From an uncultured Gemmatimonadaceae bacterium (lineage in GTDB: Bacteria > Gemmatimonadota > Gemmatimonadetes > Gemmatimonadales > Gemmatimonadaceae), in contig CAWHHI010000005.1 of the NCBI GenBank assembly GCA_963829055.1, positions 192,001 through 256,000 of the forward strand: 64,000 nt of DNA, given 5' to 3'. Position numbers and translations under genes: made by a program. Shown piece after piece: positions 46,339 through 56,754 of this stretch (position 1 is the first letter of the stretch; every line of letters begins with the position of its first letter). Under the pieces are notes generated by a model that saw only the letters and a program-made list of their open reading frames with translations, was not told where the DNA came from and did not search any database.

Positions 46339-48171
46339 ATGTCCTGGTCGTCATCGATATTCGTTGGCATTCTCACCGCCGTCGTCGGATTGTTCGTCAG
46401 CGCATACGTCGCCTACCTCGCCGTCGGCTGGTATCGCATTCCGAGCTTTGAAGCGGGATCGGCGGCGTTCACCGTCCTGTTGGCGATCGCGGGGCTCGTA
46501 GGCGGCTTTCTCATCGGACTCATAACGAGTCGAGTCATTGCCAGCGGCGCGGAACCGGGATTCTTCAAGGCGCTCGGCATCTCACAGGGTATCCTGCTCG
46601 GCGTCGTCGTCGTGGTTGGTGGCACTGCCCGCTTGCTGGCGGACGTACCGCCCGAGTTGAATGGCGAGGTGCTGATGCTCTCCGTAGAGGTGCGTTGGCC
46701 GGCCGGCCACACCGAGTCGCCGGCGACACTCCCGGGCGAGCCGTTCATACGCCTCGGATCAGTGACCCGCGCCTCGAACACGCAGCGCGCGTCGTCGCGT
46801 GGCCCGCTGTACACCCAGGACGCTCACCTCGTCGATGGACGATGGGTCGTGCCGGGGGCGGTCGACATCTTCACTACGCGTGGACGGTTCGTGCTCGATG
46901 TCGTGCTCGACTCGTCGACGAACCATGGGTTTCTCCTCCCCCTCTCCGGCGCGCCCGGCAAGAAGGACCTGGCGTGGACGGAGTGGTACCCGCACGCGCG
47001 GCCCGGCAGCCCGCCGCTGCCTAACGGGTTCACGTACCGCTACCGCGTGCAGCCGCGCAGCCAGCCGGTCCGCGTCGACACGGTCGGCCCCTTCGAGATC
47101 GCGACGATCGCCGGCTACTTCTTCGACCAGGAGATCGAGGGGAAGACGAGACTCGCCACGATGGCCGAGTTCACGATCAAGCACCGAGGGAAGCCGCTCT
47201 CGATCGAGGGCGAGGCGTCGACGTCGGAGAGCGGGACTGCCACACTGAGTCGCGCCGACGACATCGCGGCCGTTGCCGGACCGCAGCCGGCGCTGCTCAT
47301 GCACTTCGTCAACACGTCCAGCTCGGACGTGTGTTTTCTGATCACCGATCAGGCAGGCAGTATCCACTCCGAGGCGGTGCCCGATTGCGTCGGCGCGTTC
47401 AACGCATCGGTGCTCACATCGGACCTCGCGTCCTTCCGCCGCGGCGATGCTCGACGTGTTCCACGCGGGCAGGTCGACCGCGCGACGTTCGCGAACCCGG
47501 GGCTCTTCCTCGTGGGGCGCTCGATCGTCGACACGCGGCACCTCGCGATTCGCCGGTTCGATCTGCCGGAGGATTTTTCGCTCGTGCCCAGCGTGCCGCC
47601 GCTCGGTGTCTCACCCGATGACCGTAGCTTCGCGCGATTCGGCTATGCGCAGCACTCCGACACGAACCCGGTGATCCTCGTGACGGATGTCGTCGCGAAC
47701 GGCACGTACATGCTGCCGATCGACCGTCCGCGCATGCACTTCGCGAATCTCGACGCGCTCGATCCGGCGTGGCTGCTTCACCACTTCGTGTGGCAACATG
47801 TCGCGAATGGCGCGGACTCGCTCGTCGAGCGACCTGGCTTCGTTCCGATTCCCTATCACGGCCGCGTGTACGAGAGCGCCGGGTATCGCTCGTACAAGCT
47901 GGAGCCCGCCAGCGAAGGCCTGCGCACGGCACTCATTGATTTTCTCGTCGCCGAGATGAAAGCCGAGCGCATGCCGGTTGACTCGGGCGCGTACGAATAC
48001 CCGATTACGATCGACGGTCAGACGGTAGACATCGGGTACAGCTCGAGCCCAGGCTACGTGTCAGCGACGCTCAAGAGCGATTCGACCGACATCGAGCTGC
48101 TGAGGACGATCGCCCGCCGGTTCGACGCCGCGCTGGCGACGGGCAAGTACGACGCCCTGTTCGGCAAGTGA
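46339..48171 (+). CDS. Hypothetical protein, three N-terminal TM helices plus a large soluble domain
   Basis: 610-aa ORF with a hydrophobic N-terminus; no family recognised. Confidence 0.75.
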   Translation: MSWSSSIFVGILTAVVGLFVSAYVAYLAVGWYRIPSFEAGSAAFTVLLAIAGLVGGFLIGLITSRVIASGAEPGFFKALGISQGILLGVVVVVGGTARLLADVPPELNGEVLMLSVEVRWPAGHTESPATLPGEPFIRLGSVTRASNTQRASSRGPLYTQDAHLVDGRWVVPGAVDIFTTRGRFVLDVVLDSSTNHGFLLPLSGAPGKKDLAWTEWYPHARPGSPPLPNGFTYRYRVQPRSQPVRVDTVGPFEIATIAGYFFDQEIEGKTRLATMAEFTIKHRGKPLSIEGEASTSESGTATLSRADDIAAVAGPQPALLMHFVNTSSSDVCFLITDQAGSIHSEAVPDCVGAFNASVLTSDLASFRRGDARRVPRGQVDRATFANPGLFLVGRSIVDTRHLAIRRFDLPEDFSLVPSVPPLGVSPDDRSFARFGYAQHSDTNPVILVTDVVANGTYMLPIDRPRMHFANLDALDPAWLLHHFVWQHVANGADSLVERPGFVPIPYHGRVYESAGYRSYKLEPASEGLRTALIDFLVAEMKAERMPVDSGAYEYPITIDGQTVDIGYSSSPGYVSATLKSDSTDIELLRTIARRFDAALATGKYDALFGK

Positions 48172-48207
48172 CGCCTAACGTGGCCGCACGCGAGTCCCGA
48201 GAGGCCA

Positions 48208-49530
48208 GTGATGTGGAATCCCGCTGTAGAGACAATGCCGCGATCCGGGCTCCGAGAGCTCCAACTCGATCGCCTGCGCTGGAGCGTGCGGTGGGCGTAT
48301 GACCGCGTTCCATTTCACAAGCGGCGCCTCGACGCGGCGCGCGTTGCACCGGACGAGATCCGCTCGCTCGACGATCTGCGCCGCCTCCCGTTCATGGTCA
48401 AGGCGGACCTTCGCGACAACTATCCCACAGGGTTATTCGCGGTTCCTCACGAAGAGATCGTCCGCATCCACGCATCGAGCGGCACGAAGGGAAAGCCCAC
48501 GATCGTCGGGTACACGCGCGAGGACATCGAGACGTGGGCGGAAGTGTGTGCGCGCTCGCTCGCCTGCGGCGGCGCGGACGATCGCAGCGTCATTCACATC
48601 GCCTACGGCTACGGCCTGTTCACCGGCGGACTCGGCATCCATTTCGGCTCGGAGCGACTCGGCGCGCTCACGGTGCCGGCGTCCGGCGGCAACACGCTCC
48701 GTCAGCTCACGCTCATGCAGGACCTCGCCGCCACGGTCCTCTGCTGCACGCCGAGCTACGCGCTCAACATCGCCGAGACAATGCGTGAGCGCGGCATCGA
48801 GCGCTCGTCGCTCGCGCTCACGGTCGGCGTGTTCGGGGCCGAGCCGTGGACCGTCGGCATGCGGGAGGAGATCGAGCGCGCGTTAGGCCTCAGGGCGCTC
48901 GACATCTACGGTCTGAGCGAGGTGATGGGACCGGGTGTTTCGATGGAGTCGGCCGACGATCGCGACGGGTTGTTCATCTGGGAGGACCACTTCTACCCTG
49001 AAGTGATCGACCCGGCCTCGGGCGAAGTGCTGCCCTATGGCGACGAGGGAGAGCTGGTGTTCACGACGCTCACCAAGCGCGCATTCCCCGTGCTGCGTTA
49101 TCGAACGGGCGACATCTGCGCGCTCTTCGCCGAGCCGAGTCGCAGTGGGCGGACCATGGTGCGCATGACGAAGGTGAAGGGGCGGACGGACGACATGCTC
49201 ATCGTGCGCGGCGTGAACGTGTTTCCGAGCGAGATCGAGCGCGTGGTGCTGGAGCAGCGCGAGCTCGCGCCGCACTACCAGATTCTCCTGTCGCGTGACG
49301 GCGCGCTCGACCAGCTCGCCGTACACGCCGAGCTCGACGCGGTGGTGTGGGAATCGTTAGGTGCGACCGTCGACTGCGATGGCGCGCGCCACCTGGCCGG
49401 CCGCCTCCGTGACGAGCTGGCGAACGTGCTGGCGATCACCGCTGACGTGGTGCTGCGTCCGCCAGGTGGTATTCCCCGGAGCGAGGGCAAGGCCGTGCGG
49501 GTGGTTGATCGCCGCACCAGCCCGGCATAG
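48208..49530 (+). CDS. paaK: Phenylacetate-CoA ligase
   Basis: RIHASSGTKGKPT, YGYGLFTGGLG, DIYGLSEVMGPGV, RYRTGD, GRTDDMLIVRGVNVFP. Confidence 0.9.
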   Translation: MMWNPAVETMPRSGLRELQLDRLRWSVRWAYDRVPFHKRRLDAARVAPDEIRSLDDLRRLPFMVKADLRDNYPTGLFAVPHEEIVRIHASSGTKGKPTIVGYTREDIETWAEVCARSLACGGADDRSVIHIAYGYGLFTGGLGIHFGSERLGALTVPASGGNTLRQLTLMQDLAATVLCCTPSYALNIAETMRERGIERSSLALTVGVFGAEPWTVGMREEIERALGLRALDIYGLSEVMGPGVSMESADDRDGLFIWEDHFYPEVIDPASGEVLPYGDEGELVFTTLTKRAFPVLRYRTGDICALFAEPSRSGRTMVRMTKVKGRTDDMLIVRGVNVFPSEIERVVLEQRELAPHYQILLSRDGALDQLAVHAELDAVVWESLGATVDCDGARHLAGRLRDELANVLAITADVVLRPPGGIPRSEGKAVRVVDRRTSPA

Positions 49531-49720
49531 ATCACTCCGGCAAGCAGCGAGAGCGACATGCCACCGATGGCGGTCGCGATGAGGCGCGCGCGGGGTATGA
49601 CGGGCGGAAGAGCGAGTCGTCTGGGTCTCGTCAGGGGCGGACCTAACGATTGACGCGAGGCTCGCCGCCGGCAGAATGTTATCGTAGACTGGAACCGGCT
49701 CTCAGACCCGGAGGCTCATC

Positions 49721-50758
49721 ATGCGCTCCTCTGCAATCGCTCTCACCGCCGCGCTATTCGCGCCTGGCGTTCTCGCTGCTCAATCGAAGGCGGCGTCTTC
49801 GACGACCCTCGCCCAGTTCGACCCCAAGGAGTGGGCGGTACCGTTCGGCGCCGAGACGCGACCCAGGGACCCGTATGCGGACGGGCAGGGTCGGGTGTGG
49901 TTCGTGGGCCAGAACGGCAATTACGTCGCGTACCTCGACAACAAGACGGGCGACTTCAAGCGCTACGAGATCGCGCCGGGTACCAACCCGCACAATCTCG
50001 TGGTCGAGAAGGGGATGGTCTGGTTCACGGGCAACCGGAACAACCGGATCGTCAAGCTGGACCCCGCGACGGGAAAGCTGACGACGTACATGATCCCGGA
50101 CACCACGGTCCGCGATCCGCACACCATGACGTTCGATCCGAAGACCGGGGTCGCCTGGTTCACGGCCCAGGGCGCGGGTACCGTGGGTCGGTTCGAGCCC
50201 ACGACTGGCAAGTTCCGACTCTGGAAGACCGGCCCTGGCAGTCGCCCGTACGGAATCGTCCTGGATTCAAAGGGGCAGCCGTGGTTCGATCTCTTTGGCA
50301 CGAACAAGATCGGGACGGTCGACCCGCAGACGCTCGAGCTCAAGTCGTACCCACTGCCGAACGATTCCACTCGTCCACGTCGCATCGCGATCACGTCGGA
50401 CGACCGGATTTTCTACGGCGACTATACGCGTGGGTATCTCGGCCACCTCGACCCGAAGACCGGTAAGACGGAGGAGTGGCGCCTTCCGCTCGGCCCGCGC
50501 GCGCTTCCGTACGCGATGACCACGGATGATCGCGACAACATCTGGATCGCGCAGAACGGGTATCCGGGAATCCCGTCGACGTTGGTGGCGTTCGATCCGA
50601 AGACGAACAAGTTCGTCGCCGAGGTGCCGGTGGGGAAACCAGAGAACAACACGATCCGGCACATGACGTTCGACAAGACGACGCGGCAGATCTGGTTCGG
50701 TACGGATCAGGGCGCGATCGGTAAGATTGCGGTCCCGCGTGTCGCCTTCGTACCCTGA
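49721..50758 (+). CDS. Secreted Vgb (streptogramin lyase)-like beta-propeller
   Basis: Signal peptide; repeated P-x-I...G..WF...N.IG.LDP.TG blades. Confidence 0.8.
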   Translation: MRSSAIALTAALFAPGVLAAQSKAASSTTLAQFDPKEWAVPFGAETRPRDPYADGQGRVWFVGQNGNYVAYLDNKTGDFKRYEIAPGTNPHNLVVEKGMVWFTGNRNNRIVKLDPATGKLTTYMIPDTTVRDPHTMTFDPKTGVAWFTAQGAGTVGRFEPTTGKFRLWKTGPGSRPYGIVLDSKGQPWFDLFGTNKIGTVDPQTLELKSYPLPNDSTRPRRIAITSDDRIFYGDYTRGYLGHLDPKTGKTEEWRLPLGPRALPYAMTTDDRDNIWIAQNGYPGIPSTLVAFDPKTNKFVAEVPVGKPENNTIRHMTFDKTTRQIWFGTDQGAIGKIAVPRVAFVP

Positions 50759-51027
50759 CGAGGCCTTAGGAAGGGGGCCTAGGAAGGAGGACGGCGGCGG
50801 GCGGACGGCGGAGGGCGGGAGAGCGTGGACCCGAGAAGCGTGTCATCCCGAGCGGAGGATTGCTGAGCGGCAGCTAGACTGCCAGAGTCCTCGCGGAGGC
50901 TGCCACTCGATAACGCCGCTCGGATGGCAAATTGTGGATAACTGCCGAGTTGGCCACCAAACGCATGATTGCTGTGTCTGCCATAAAACTTGGCAGATCA
51001 GCAGTTATAGACTAGCCAGCCCCAGCG

Positions 51028-51654
51028 CTACCTACCCCGCTTCGCGCGGTCGAGCTTTGGTGGGCGTTTGCCTCGCCGGAGGGCACCGGCTACCGGGATG
51101 TAGTCGAGCTCGCGGCCCTCGCGTGCACTCCGGAGCAGCAGTCCCCCGCGACTCATGTCGCCGCGGCCGACGAAGTCGGTTGGAAAGAGGAGTCGTGGGC
51201 CCAGTGCGTCGAGCAGGGCGTCCACGTATTTGCCCGTCGCGATGCTCCCGAGCAGAACCACGGTGTCTTCGTCCGACAGGGCGGACGCGAGAGTCGCGAC
51301 GTCGCGCGTGAGTGGGCCGATGTAGCGCTCGTCGCCCGCGGCGATGTCGACCTCACTGAAGCGCTGGAGATCTTCGGCACGAATGCGAGTCTCCGGTGGG
51401 GCGAGCCCGCGGTCCGCGGTGATCACGAGGATCCTCGGTACCGAGTCAGCGGCCGAGGCGAAGGCGCGGGCGTAGGTGAGCTTGCCCCGGAAATAGAGCC
51501 CGCTCAGGAAGCTGAAGACCTCGCCCAGCTCTGCCCCGTCGGGCTCGCGTAGCCTAACGGCCAGTGAGAACTGGGCACGGGGGTTCAGCAGGAGCTGCGC
51601 GCGCCGGCCGTCCGAGCGTGCCGGAGAGAGAAGGAACACCGGCGATCGAGCCAC
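51028..51654 (-). CDS. Conserved-looking hypothetical protein
   Basis: VFLLSPA, FSFLSGLYFRGKLTYA, LLGSIATGKY, FVGRGDMSRGGLLLR. Start uncertain. Confidence 0.7.
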   Translation of the reverse strand: MARSPVFLLSPARSDGRRAQLLLNPRAQFSLAVRLREPDGAELGEVFSFLSGLYFRGKLTYARAFASAADSVPRILVITADRGLAPPETRIRAEDLQRFSEVDIAAGDERYIGPLTRDVATLASALSDEDTVVLLGSIATGKYVDALLDALGPRLLFPTDFVGRGDMSRGGLLLRSAREGRELDYIPVAGALRRGKRPPKLDRAKRGR

Positions 51655-51783
51655 GAACGCGGAGTCGTGCAAGTCGCATGCGACGTGTGGTGATCGGAGG
51701 TGTTCGCGCGTGTCTGGATGCACAAACGGCCGCGCCCCAGGGGCGCGGCCGCATGCATCGAGCAGTGGAGACGTCCGGAGTCG

Positions 51784-52269
51784 TTAGGCGACGCGGCGCT
51801 GTCTCGAGCGCTCCGCCTCCGCTTCAGGCAGCGTTCCGGCAGTCGCCGGACTGCGGCCCGCGAGCACGCTGTCGATCGAGAACCGGCCGGCGCCAGCCGC
51901 GACGAGCGCGGCGCTCGTGGCGAGGAGCAGGAGGGCGAACTCGTATCCCTGCGGCATGAAGAAGCCGTTCTTCAGATGCACCAGGAGAATGGCGCCGAGC
52001 ATGTCGAAGGCCAGCCCGAGCGAGACGAGGCGCGTGAGCAGTCCGATGACGAGCGCGATACCGCCGAAGAATTCGAGCAGGGCGATGAACGGGCCCATCA
52101 CACCAGGCATGGGCACTCCCATCTGACCGAAGGCTCCAGAGACGCCGGCGAATCCGTAGACGAACAACTTCTGTGCGCCGTGGGCGATGAAGATGGCGCC
52201 GGTGACAATGCGCAGCAGTGTGAGTGCGATACTCGCCTGGCGCTCGGTCGTGGTGCGGAAGATCGACAT
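51784..52269 (-). CDS. DoxX family membrane protein
   Basis: [34 protein letters not shown]. Confidence 0.92.
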   Translation of the reverse strand: MSIFRTTTERQASIALTLLRIVTGAIFIAHGAQKLFVYGFAGVSGAFGQMGVPMPGVMGPFIALLEFFGGIALVIGLLTRLVSLGLAFDMLGAILLVHLKNGFFMPQGYEFALLLLATSAALVAAGAGRFSIDSVLAGRSPATAGTLPEAEAERSRQRRVA

Positions 52270-52333
52270 GGTTAACTCCGTCGGGGTGGGGGAAGCGATC
52301 TATGGTTCGGGTCGATATAAGCGTCATACGGTC

Positions 52334-52349
52334 GAGTGTGATAACACTC
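52334..52349. promoter_or_regulatory. Palindromic operator GAGTGT-GATA-ACACTC upstream of the DoxX gene
   Basis: Core is 11/12 identical to the operator upstream of the MarR gene. Confidence 0.7.
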
Positions 52350-52368
52350 ATTTATGCAAAAAAAGAGC

Positions 52369-52836
52369 TCATTCGTTCTGTCGCACGATGGTCAGGAGCT
52401 CGATCAACGTTCGAAGCTGCGATTCGTCCAGCGATTTGAACCGGCGTTTGTGCTCGTCCTTCATGGCGACATCGACGTCTGACAGAATCTTCAATCCCGC
52501 TGCCGTGATCCGGGTTCGTACCATTCGACGATCCTCGCTCTCACGGGCCCGAGCGACCAGACCGACCTCTTCCATGCGGTCGAGCAACCGTGTCATGTCC
52601 GGCATCCGCGTCAGCATTCGATCCCGAAGCTCATTCCGGCACAGTCCCACCGGCTCGGCCCCGCGGAGTATGCGTAACACGTTGTACTGGGTTGCTGTTA
52701 CGCCGTAGGGCTTGAGAAACTGCTCGATCTCGTCGGTCAACAGCGAGCTCGTCCTCAGGATATTGAGCTGCGCTTCCTGCTCGAGACTCTCGAATGGCTT
52801 GTTCTGCTTGATTTCGTCGCGGAGTGTCGTGAGCAT
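52369..52836 (-). CDS. MarR family regulator
   Basis: GVTATQYNVLRIL, DMTRLLDRME..GLV.R...EDRR. Confidence 0.92.
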   Translation of the reverse strand: MLTTLRDEIKQNKPFESLEQEAQLNILRTSSLLTDEIEQFLKPYGVTATQYNVLRILRGAEPVGLCRNELRDRMLTRMPDMTRLLDRMEEVGLVARARESEDRRMVRTRITAAGLKILSDVDVAMKDEHKRRFKSLDESQLRTLIELLTIVRQNE

Positions 52837-52842
52837 GGAGTC

Positions 52843-52870
52843 AATATAGGTGTTATGACACCTATGTCAA
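52843..52870 (-). promoter_or_regulatory. Promoter TTGACA-16-TATATT with palindrome ATAGGTGT-TATG-ACACCTAT
   Basis: -35 at 52870-52865, -10 at 52848-52843; palindrome 52846-52865; ATG 6 nt downstream, so probably leaderless. Confidence 0.75.
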
Positions 52871-52925
52871 TAGCTCAATTCCTCCGCCGCGCGGAAATGC
52901 CCGGCCCATGCGCCGGGCGGGACTG

Positions 52926-53990
52926 TTAGTTGGTGGCAGCCGCCGTTTTGCGGGCCAGATCCGAGAACCCGATCAGACGCTCCTCGTCCTCGTCCCACAA
53001 CGACAGGCGGAGCGTGCGCGCACTCTCCGCGATCGTCAGCACGGTGACATCGTGGAAGAGGGCGTTCTCGTCATGGCAGCGCTTGAGCCGATAGTTCGGC
53101 ACGCGCGGTCCGAGATGATGCACGTGATGCAGTCCGATGCTCCCGGTCATCCACCGCAACACCGCCGGAAGCTTGAAATACGAGCTGCCGCGAATGGCCG
53201 CCGTGGCGTAGTCCCAGTCCTCGTGGTCCTTCCAGTACGCATCCTCGAACTGGTGCTGGACGTAGAACAGCCACACACCCGCAACCGCAGCCAGGTACAT
53301 CGCCGGCAGGTAGACCAGCAATACCGCGCTGACTCCGAGCCACATCGCGAAGCCCACGAACCCGGCGGCGATGGCCGCGTTCGTCACCCACACGTTCGAC
53401 GTCGTCCGGTCGCGCACCCCGTTTTCGGTACCCGGGAAGCGCTGGAGAACGATCATGTGTAGCGGGCCGAGTCCGATGAGCACCGCTGGGTGCCGATACA
53501 ACCGGTAGCGGAACTGGCCCCATGGGGTCCGCGCGAGGTATTCGCGCACGGTGAGCGTCGGGATGTCGCCGTGCCCGCGACGATCGAGGTCGCCGGATGA
53601 CGCGTGATGCTTGGCGTGATCGCGCCGCCAACGGCTGAACGGCGTCATCGTGATGACACCGGTGACCAGTCCGACCGCATCGTTCACGCGCGGCCACTTG
53701 AGAAACGACCGGTGCGCGCAGTCGTGCATGATGATGAACGTGCGCACGAGAAAGCCGGCGGTCGGGATGGCGAGCAAGAGCGTCACCCAGTACGGCAGCG
53801 CCAGCGAGCGGTACATGAGGTAGAACGCCAGGCAGAGCGGCCCGATGGTCGTCACGACCTGTGCGATCGCTCGAAATGTGTTCGCCTGCTCGTAGCGCGC
53901 GACAATGGCCTGCCACTCGGCGCGCGGAGCGATCGATGCGACGGCCGGCCGCTGAGGCCCAGCGACGGTGTTCGTTTGAATCTGAGTCAT
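52926..53990 (-). CDS. Membrane fatty acid desaturase (Des-like)
   Basis: His boxes HDCAH, HAKHH, HHVHH; WLFYVQHQF. Confidence 0.92.
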   Translation of the reverse strand: MTQIQTNTVAGPQRPAVASIAPRAEWQAIVARYEQANTFRAIAQVVTTIGPLCLAFYLMYRSLALPYWVTLLLAIPTAGFLVRTFIIMHDCAHRSFLKWPRVNDAVGLVTGVITMTPFSRWRRDHAKHHASSGDLDRRGHGDIPTLTVREYLARTPWGQFRYRLYRHPAVLIGLGPLHMIVLQRFPGTENGVRDRTTSNVWVTNAAIAAGFVGFAMWLGVSAVLLVYLPAMYLAAVAGVWLFYVQHQFEDAYWKDHEDWDYATAAIRGSSYFKLPAVLRWMTGSIGLHHVHHLGPRVPNYRLKRCHDENALFHDVTVLTIAESARTLRLSLWDEDEERLIGFSDLARKTAAATN

Positions 53991-54160
53991 GGCGTCGACA
54001 TCGTCGCGAGAGTGGAACGGAATGCCCTGTGCCAACCAGCGAGGGCGCTGCATACGCGAAATCGGGCGACTGAAGCCGCACCGAACGCCTAACGGGCCGT
54101 CCGCCGCGACATTGGAGGACCCTCACCAGATGCCAGGCGCGGACAGGCAGGGAGAAAAAA

Positions 54161-54211
54161 ATACTAACATCTCGTATTACTATTGTCAAAAGTAATCATA
54201 CGTCGGATAAT
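54161..54211. promoter_or_regulatory. Overlapping divergent sigma70 promoters with a central palindrome
   Basis: Minus strand TTGACA(54189-54184)-17-TAGTAT(54166-54161); plus strand TTGTCA(54183-54188)-17-GATAAT(54206-54211); ATTACTATTG-T-CAAAAGTAAT at 54176-54196. Confidence 0.75.
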
Positions 54212-54251
54212 TAGACTCCACGTAACCAGGTGGCCCTCCCTGACCGCAGCC

Positions 54252-54479
54252 GTGATTCGCTTTCAACTTTCCTCTGTCCTCAAACAGAGAGGCTGGACCC
54301 CATACCGCCTGTCGCAGGAAACGGGGCTCACCGTTCCCACCGCGTACCGGTTAGCCGACCCCGATATGGAGTTCGGGCGGTTCACCGCGGACACGCTCGA
54401 CCGCCTGTGCGCCGCGCTGGAAGTGCAGCCAGGGCAGTTGCTGGAGTGGGTTCCGGACAAGAAGCGGCGGCGGCCGTAA
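54252..54479 (+). CDS. Cro/C1-type (XRE) HTH regulator
   Basis: LKQRGWTPYRLSQETGLT...TLDRLCAALEVQPGQLLEW. Confidence 0.85.
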   Translation: MIRFQLSSVLKQRGWTPYRLSQETGLTVPTAYRLADPDMEFGRFTADTLDRLCAALEVQPGQLLEWVPDKKRRRP

Positions 54480-54619
54480 CGGCCGTAACCGCAAGCATTG
54501 CATGACGTTCATCGGATGCATTGACCGCCTGGATGATATCTTGCCACTGTCGGCAACACCGGGGCAAGAACCGGCAGCACCACGGTGATTTTCAGGCATC
54601 CCGTTCACGGAGACCCGAC

Positions 54620-54898
54620 ATGGATCATGCGCCAGCACTCGACACGCTCGAACGCCTGTACGTCAGACGCGAGTCGCTCGTGAACGGCGACTCTCATGGC
54701 GCCGGATGGAGTGCCCACGCAGCGATCCTCGACCGCCTCGCCGCCAACCAGCGCGTCGCGCGCTCCATCGGCTGGACTTCGTGCGCCATCGAGCGGATGG
54801 GCGGCGCCGGGCGCTTCCGCGCCTGGGGCGTTCCCCCGGGCGCGAGCAAGCGGCGTCAGATCCCCGACTGGTCCGTGGAATCCGAGCGGTCCGTCTGA
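54620..54898 (+). CDS. Small hypothetical protein
   Basis: GGAG RBS before the ATG; 92 aa. Confidence 0.55.
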   Translation: MDHAPALDTLERLYVRRESLVNGDSHGAGWSAHAAILDRLAANQRVARSIGWTSCAIERMGGAGRFRAWGVPPGASKRRQIPDWSVESERSV

Positions 54899-54950
54899 CG
54901 CCGGGCCGACTCAGCCTAACGCTGCCTAACGGCCACGGGCACCCACGCCC

Positions 54951-56534
54951 TCACATCGTGCACAGGGCCGCCGGGCGCGCCACGTCCCCGGCGGGAACGG
55001 CCTTCACCTCGAAGAACTGCACCGTCGGCGGCATCGTCGGCGCGAGCGTGATCGACACCCGCAGCGCGCCGCGATCGCAGGGCATCGTCCACTGGCCACG
55101 CAGCGCGTTCTCGACGATGTCGAACCCCGTACCTGCCCTGCACGGCCCCACATCCGCTGTGAACTTCGCGATCTCCGCCTTCCGACGATCGCGCGAGCGG
55201 TCCAGGAACAGGTTGACCGCGGCGAGGCTATCGGCAAGGCGGTCGTCCCAATGCATAACGAGTCGCGACACGGCCTCTCGGCGTGCCGTCAATACCGCCG
55301 ATGGCTGGACCTTTCGGGGCGTAAGCCCGCCGGTCTTCAGCAGGATGCCGAACGCGTCGTTCGCCGGCCCGCCCCACCCGGTGTACGTGCGGTTACCGAA
55401 TGCGATGATGCCCACCCCGTACTCGGGCAGCCAGCGCATGAGCGACCCGAATCCCGGCAGTCCGCCGCTGTGCGCCACGATGTGCGCGAAGTTGCAGTCA
55501 CCGGAGATGCCGAGGCCGTAGCCGTAGCCGCCGCTGTAGAGCTGCATCGTTCCGTTGGCCGCCCGCGTGACCGTCGCGGGCCGCGGCCGATGGATCTGCT
55601 GCATCTCGCGCACGGACGCGCGCCTAACGGGGCCGGTCTCGGGCCCGTCGTGCGGCGGCCACGCACCGAGGAACATGCCCACGTACGCGCCGAGGTCACG
55701 GGTGGATGTCAGCATGCCGCCCATGGAGCCGAACGCGCCGTCGGGCAACTGCGGCTCGAGCTTCCACTGCTCGTCCTCCCACCGGTACCCCTGCGCGAGG
55801 CGCGACGCCGGCACCGACGCCGGCTCGAGCGTCGTCGACGTCATGCCTAACGGGCGCAGGATGTTCTCGGCGATGTAGCGGCGGTACGGCATGCCCGACG
55901 CGCGGGTGACGATCCGCCCGAGAATCGCGAACCCGTAGTTCGAGTACTCGTAGGCGACACCCGGCGCGTTCGAGAACGGAATGCCGGCCCGCATCATCCG
56001 CGACATCTCCTCGTCCGTCACGGCCAGCTGCTGGTCGCCCCACGGGTTGTCCTCGGGAAAGCCCGTCGCGTGCGACATGAGGTGGCGGATCGTGAGGCGC
56101 GGCGAGTCGCTGGTCGGATAGGCGAGCCCCTTGAGCTCGGGCACCCACCGCTCGGCCAGGTCGTCGAGCGACAGCTTCCCGTCGTCGCGCAGCTTGAGGA
56201 TCGCGAGCGCGGTGAAGCTCTTCGTCATCGACGCGATGCGGAACACAGTGCCGCTGTCCACGGGCGACTTCGCCGCCACGTCGCGGTACCCCGTCACGCC
56301 GACGTGAGCGAGGCGGCCGTCGATGACAATGCCCCAGACAGCGCCCGGGATGTGCTCGCGCTCCGCGTACTCCCGGAAGACCTGGTCGATATCCCCGAAC
56401 GCCGAAGACAGCTTCGTCACGCGGTCAGGGTCGGCAAACTGGGGTCCGGGCGCCCGGGGCGGGGTGCTCGCGACCTGGGCCTGAACGGTTGGCACGGCCG
56501 CAACGAGCATGGCGGCCAGAAATCGTCTCATCAT
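54951..56534 (-). CDS. Serine hydrolase, beta-lactamase/PBP-like family
   Basis: Signal peptide; FRIASMTK (SxxK), YSN, HSGG. Confidence 0.9.
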   Translation of the reverse strand: MMRRFLAAMLVAAVPTVQAQVASTPPRAPGPQFADPDRVTKLSSAFGDIDQVFREYAEREHIPGAVWGIVIDGRLAHVGVTGYRDVAAKSPVDSGTVFRIASMTKSFTALAILKLRDDGKLSLDDLAERWVPELKGLAYPTSDSPRLTIRHLMSHATGFPEDNPWGDQQLAVTDEEMSRMMRAGIPFSNAPGVAYEYSNYGFAILGRIVTRASGMPYRRYIAENILRPLGMTSTTLEPASVPASRLAQGYRWEDEQWKLEPQLPDGAFGSMGGMLTSTRDLGAYVGMFLGAWPPHDGPETGPVRRASVREMQQIHRPRPATVTRAANGTMQLYSGGYGYGLGISGDCNFAHIVAHSGGLPGFGSLMRWLPEYGVGIIAFGNRTYTGWGGPANDAFGILLKTGGLTPRKVQPSAVLTARREAVSRLVMHWDDRLADSLAAVNLFLDRSRDRRKAEIAKFTADVGPCRAGTGFDIVENALRGQWTMPCDRGALRVSITLAPTMPPTVQFFEVKAVPAGDVARPAALCTM

Positions 56535-56754
56535 CGTTTATTTATCGAACCTCGCTGGTATCCCGGCGCCGGCGATCCCGGCAACGTTCCCATCATTCCC
56601 TGTTACCGCTTACCCCGCGCGAGCCGTCCTCCATCACACCGCTATCGTCGGCGACGACTGCTCTGCGCATCATGGTGGTGCGTGGCGCATCCCGTCCAGT
56701 CCGGACCGTGTTGGCGGCCGCCAACGATTCGCAAAGCTCTGCGTGAGATACTCG

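Noticed and set aside
49721..56534. Vgb-like and beta-lactamase-like genes as antibiotic resistance determinants
   Set aside because: Only fold-level motifs are visible; these families are widespread and mostly not resistance enzymes.
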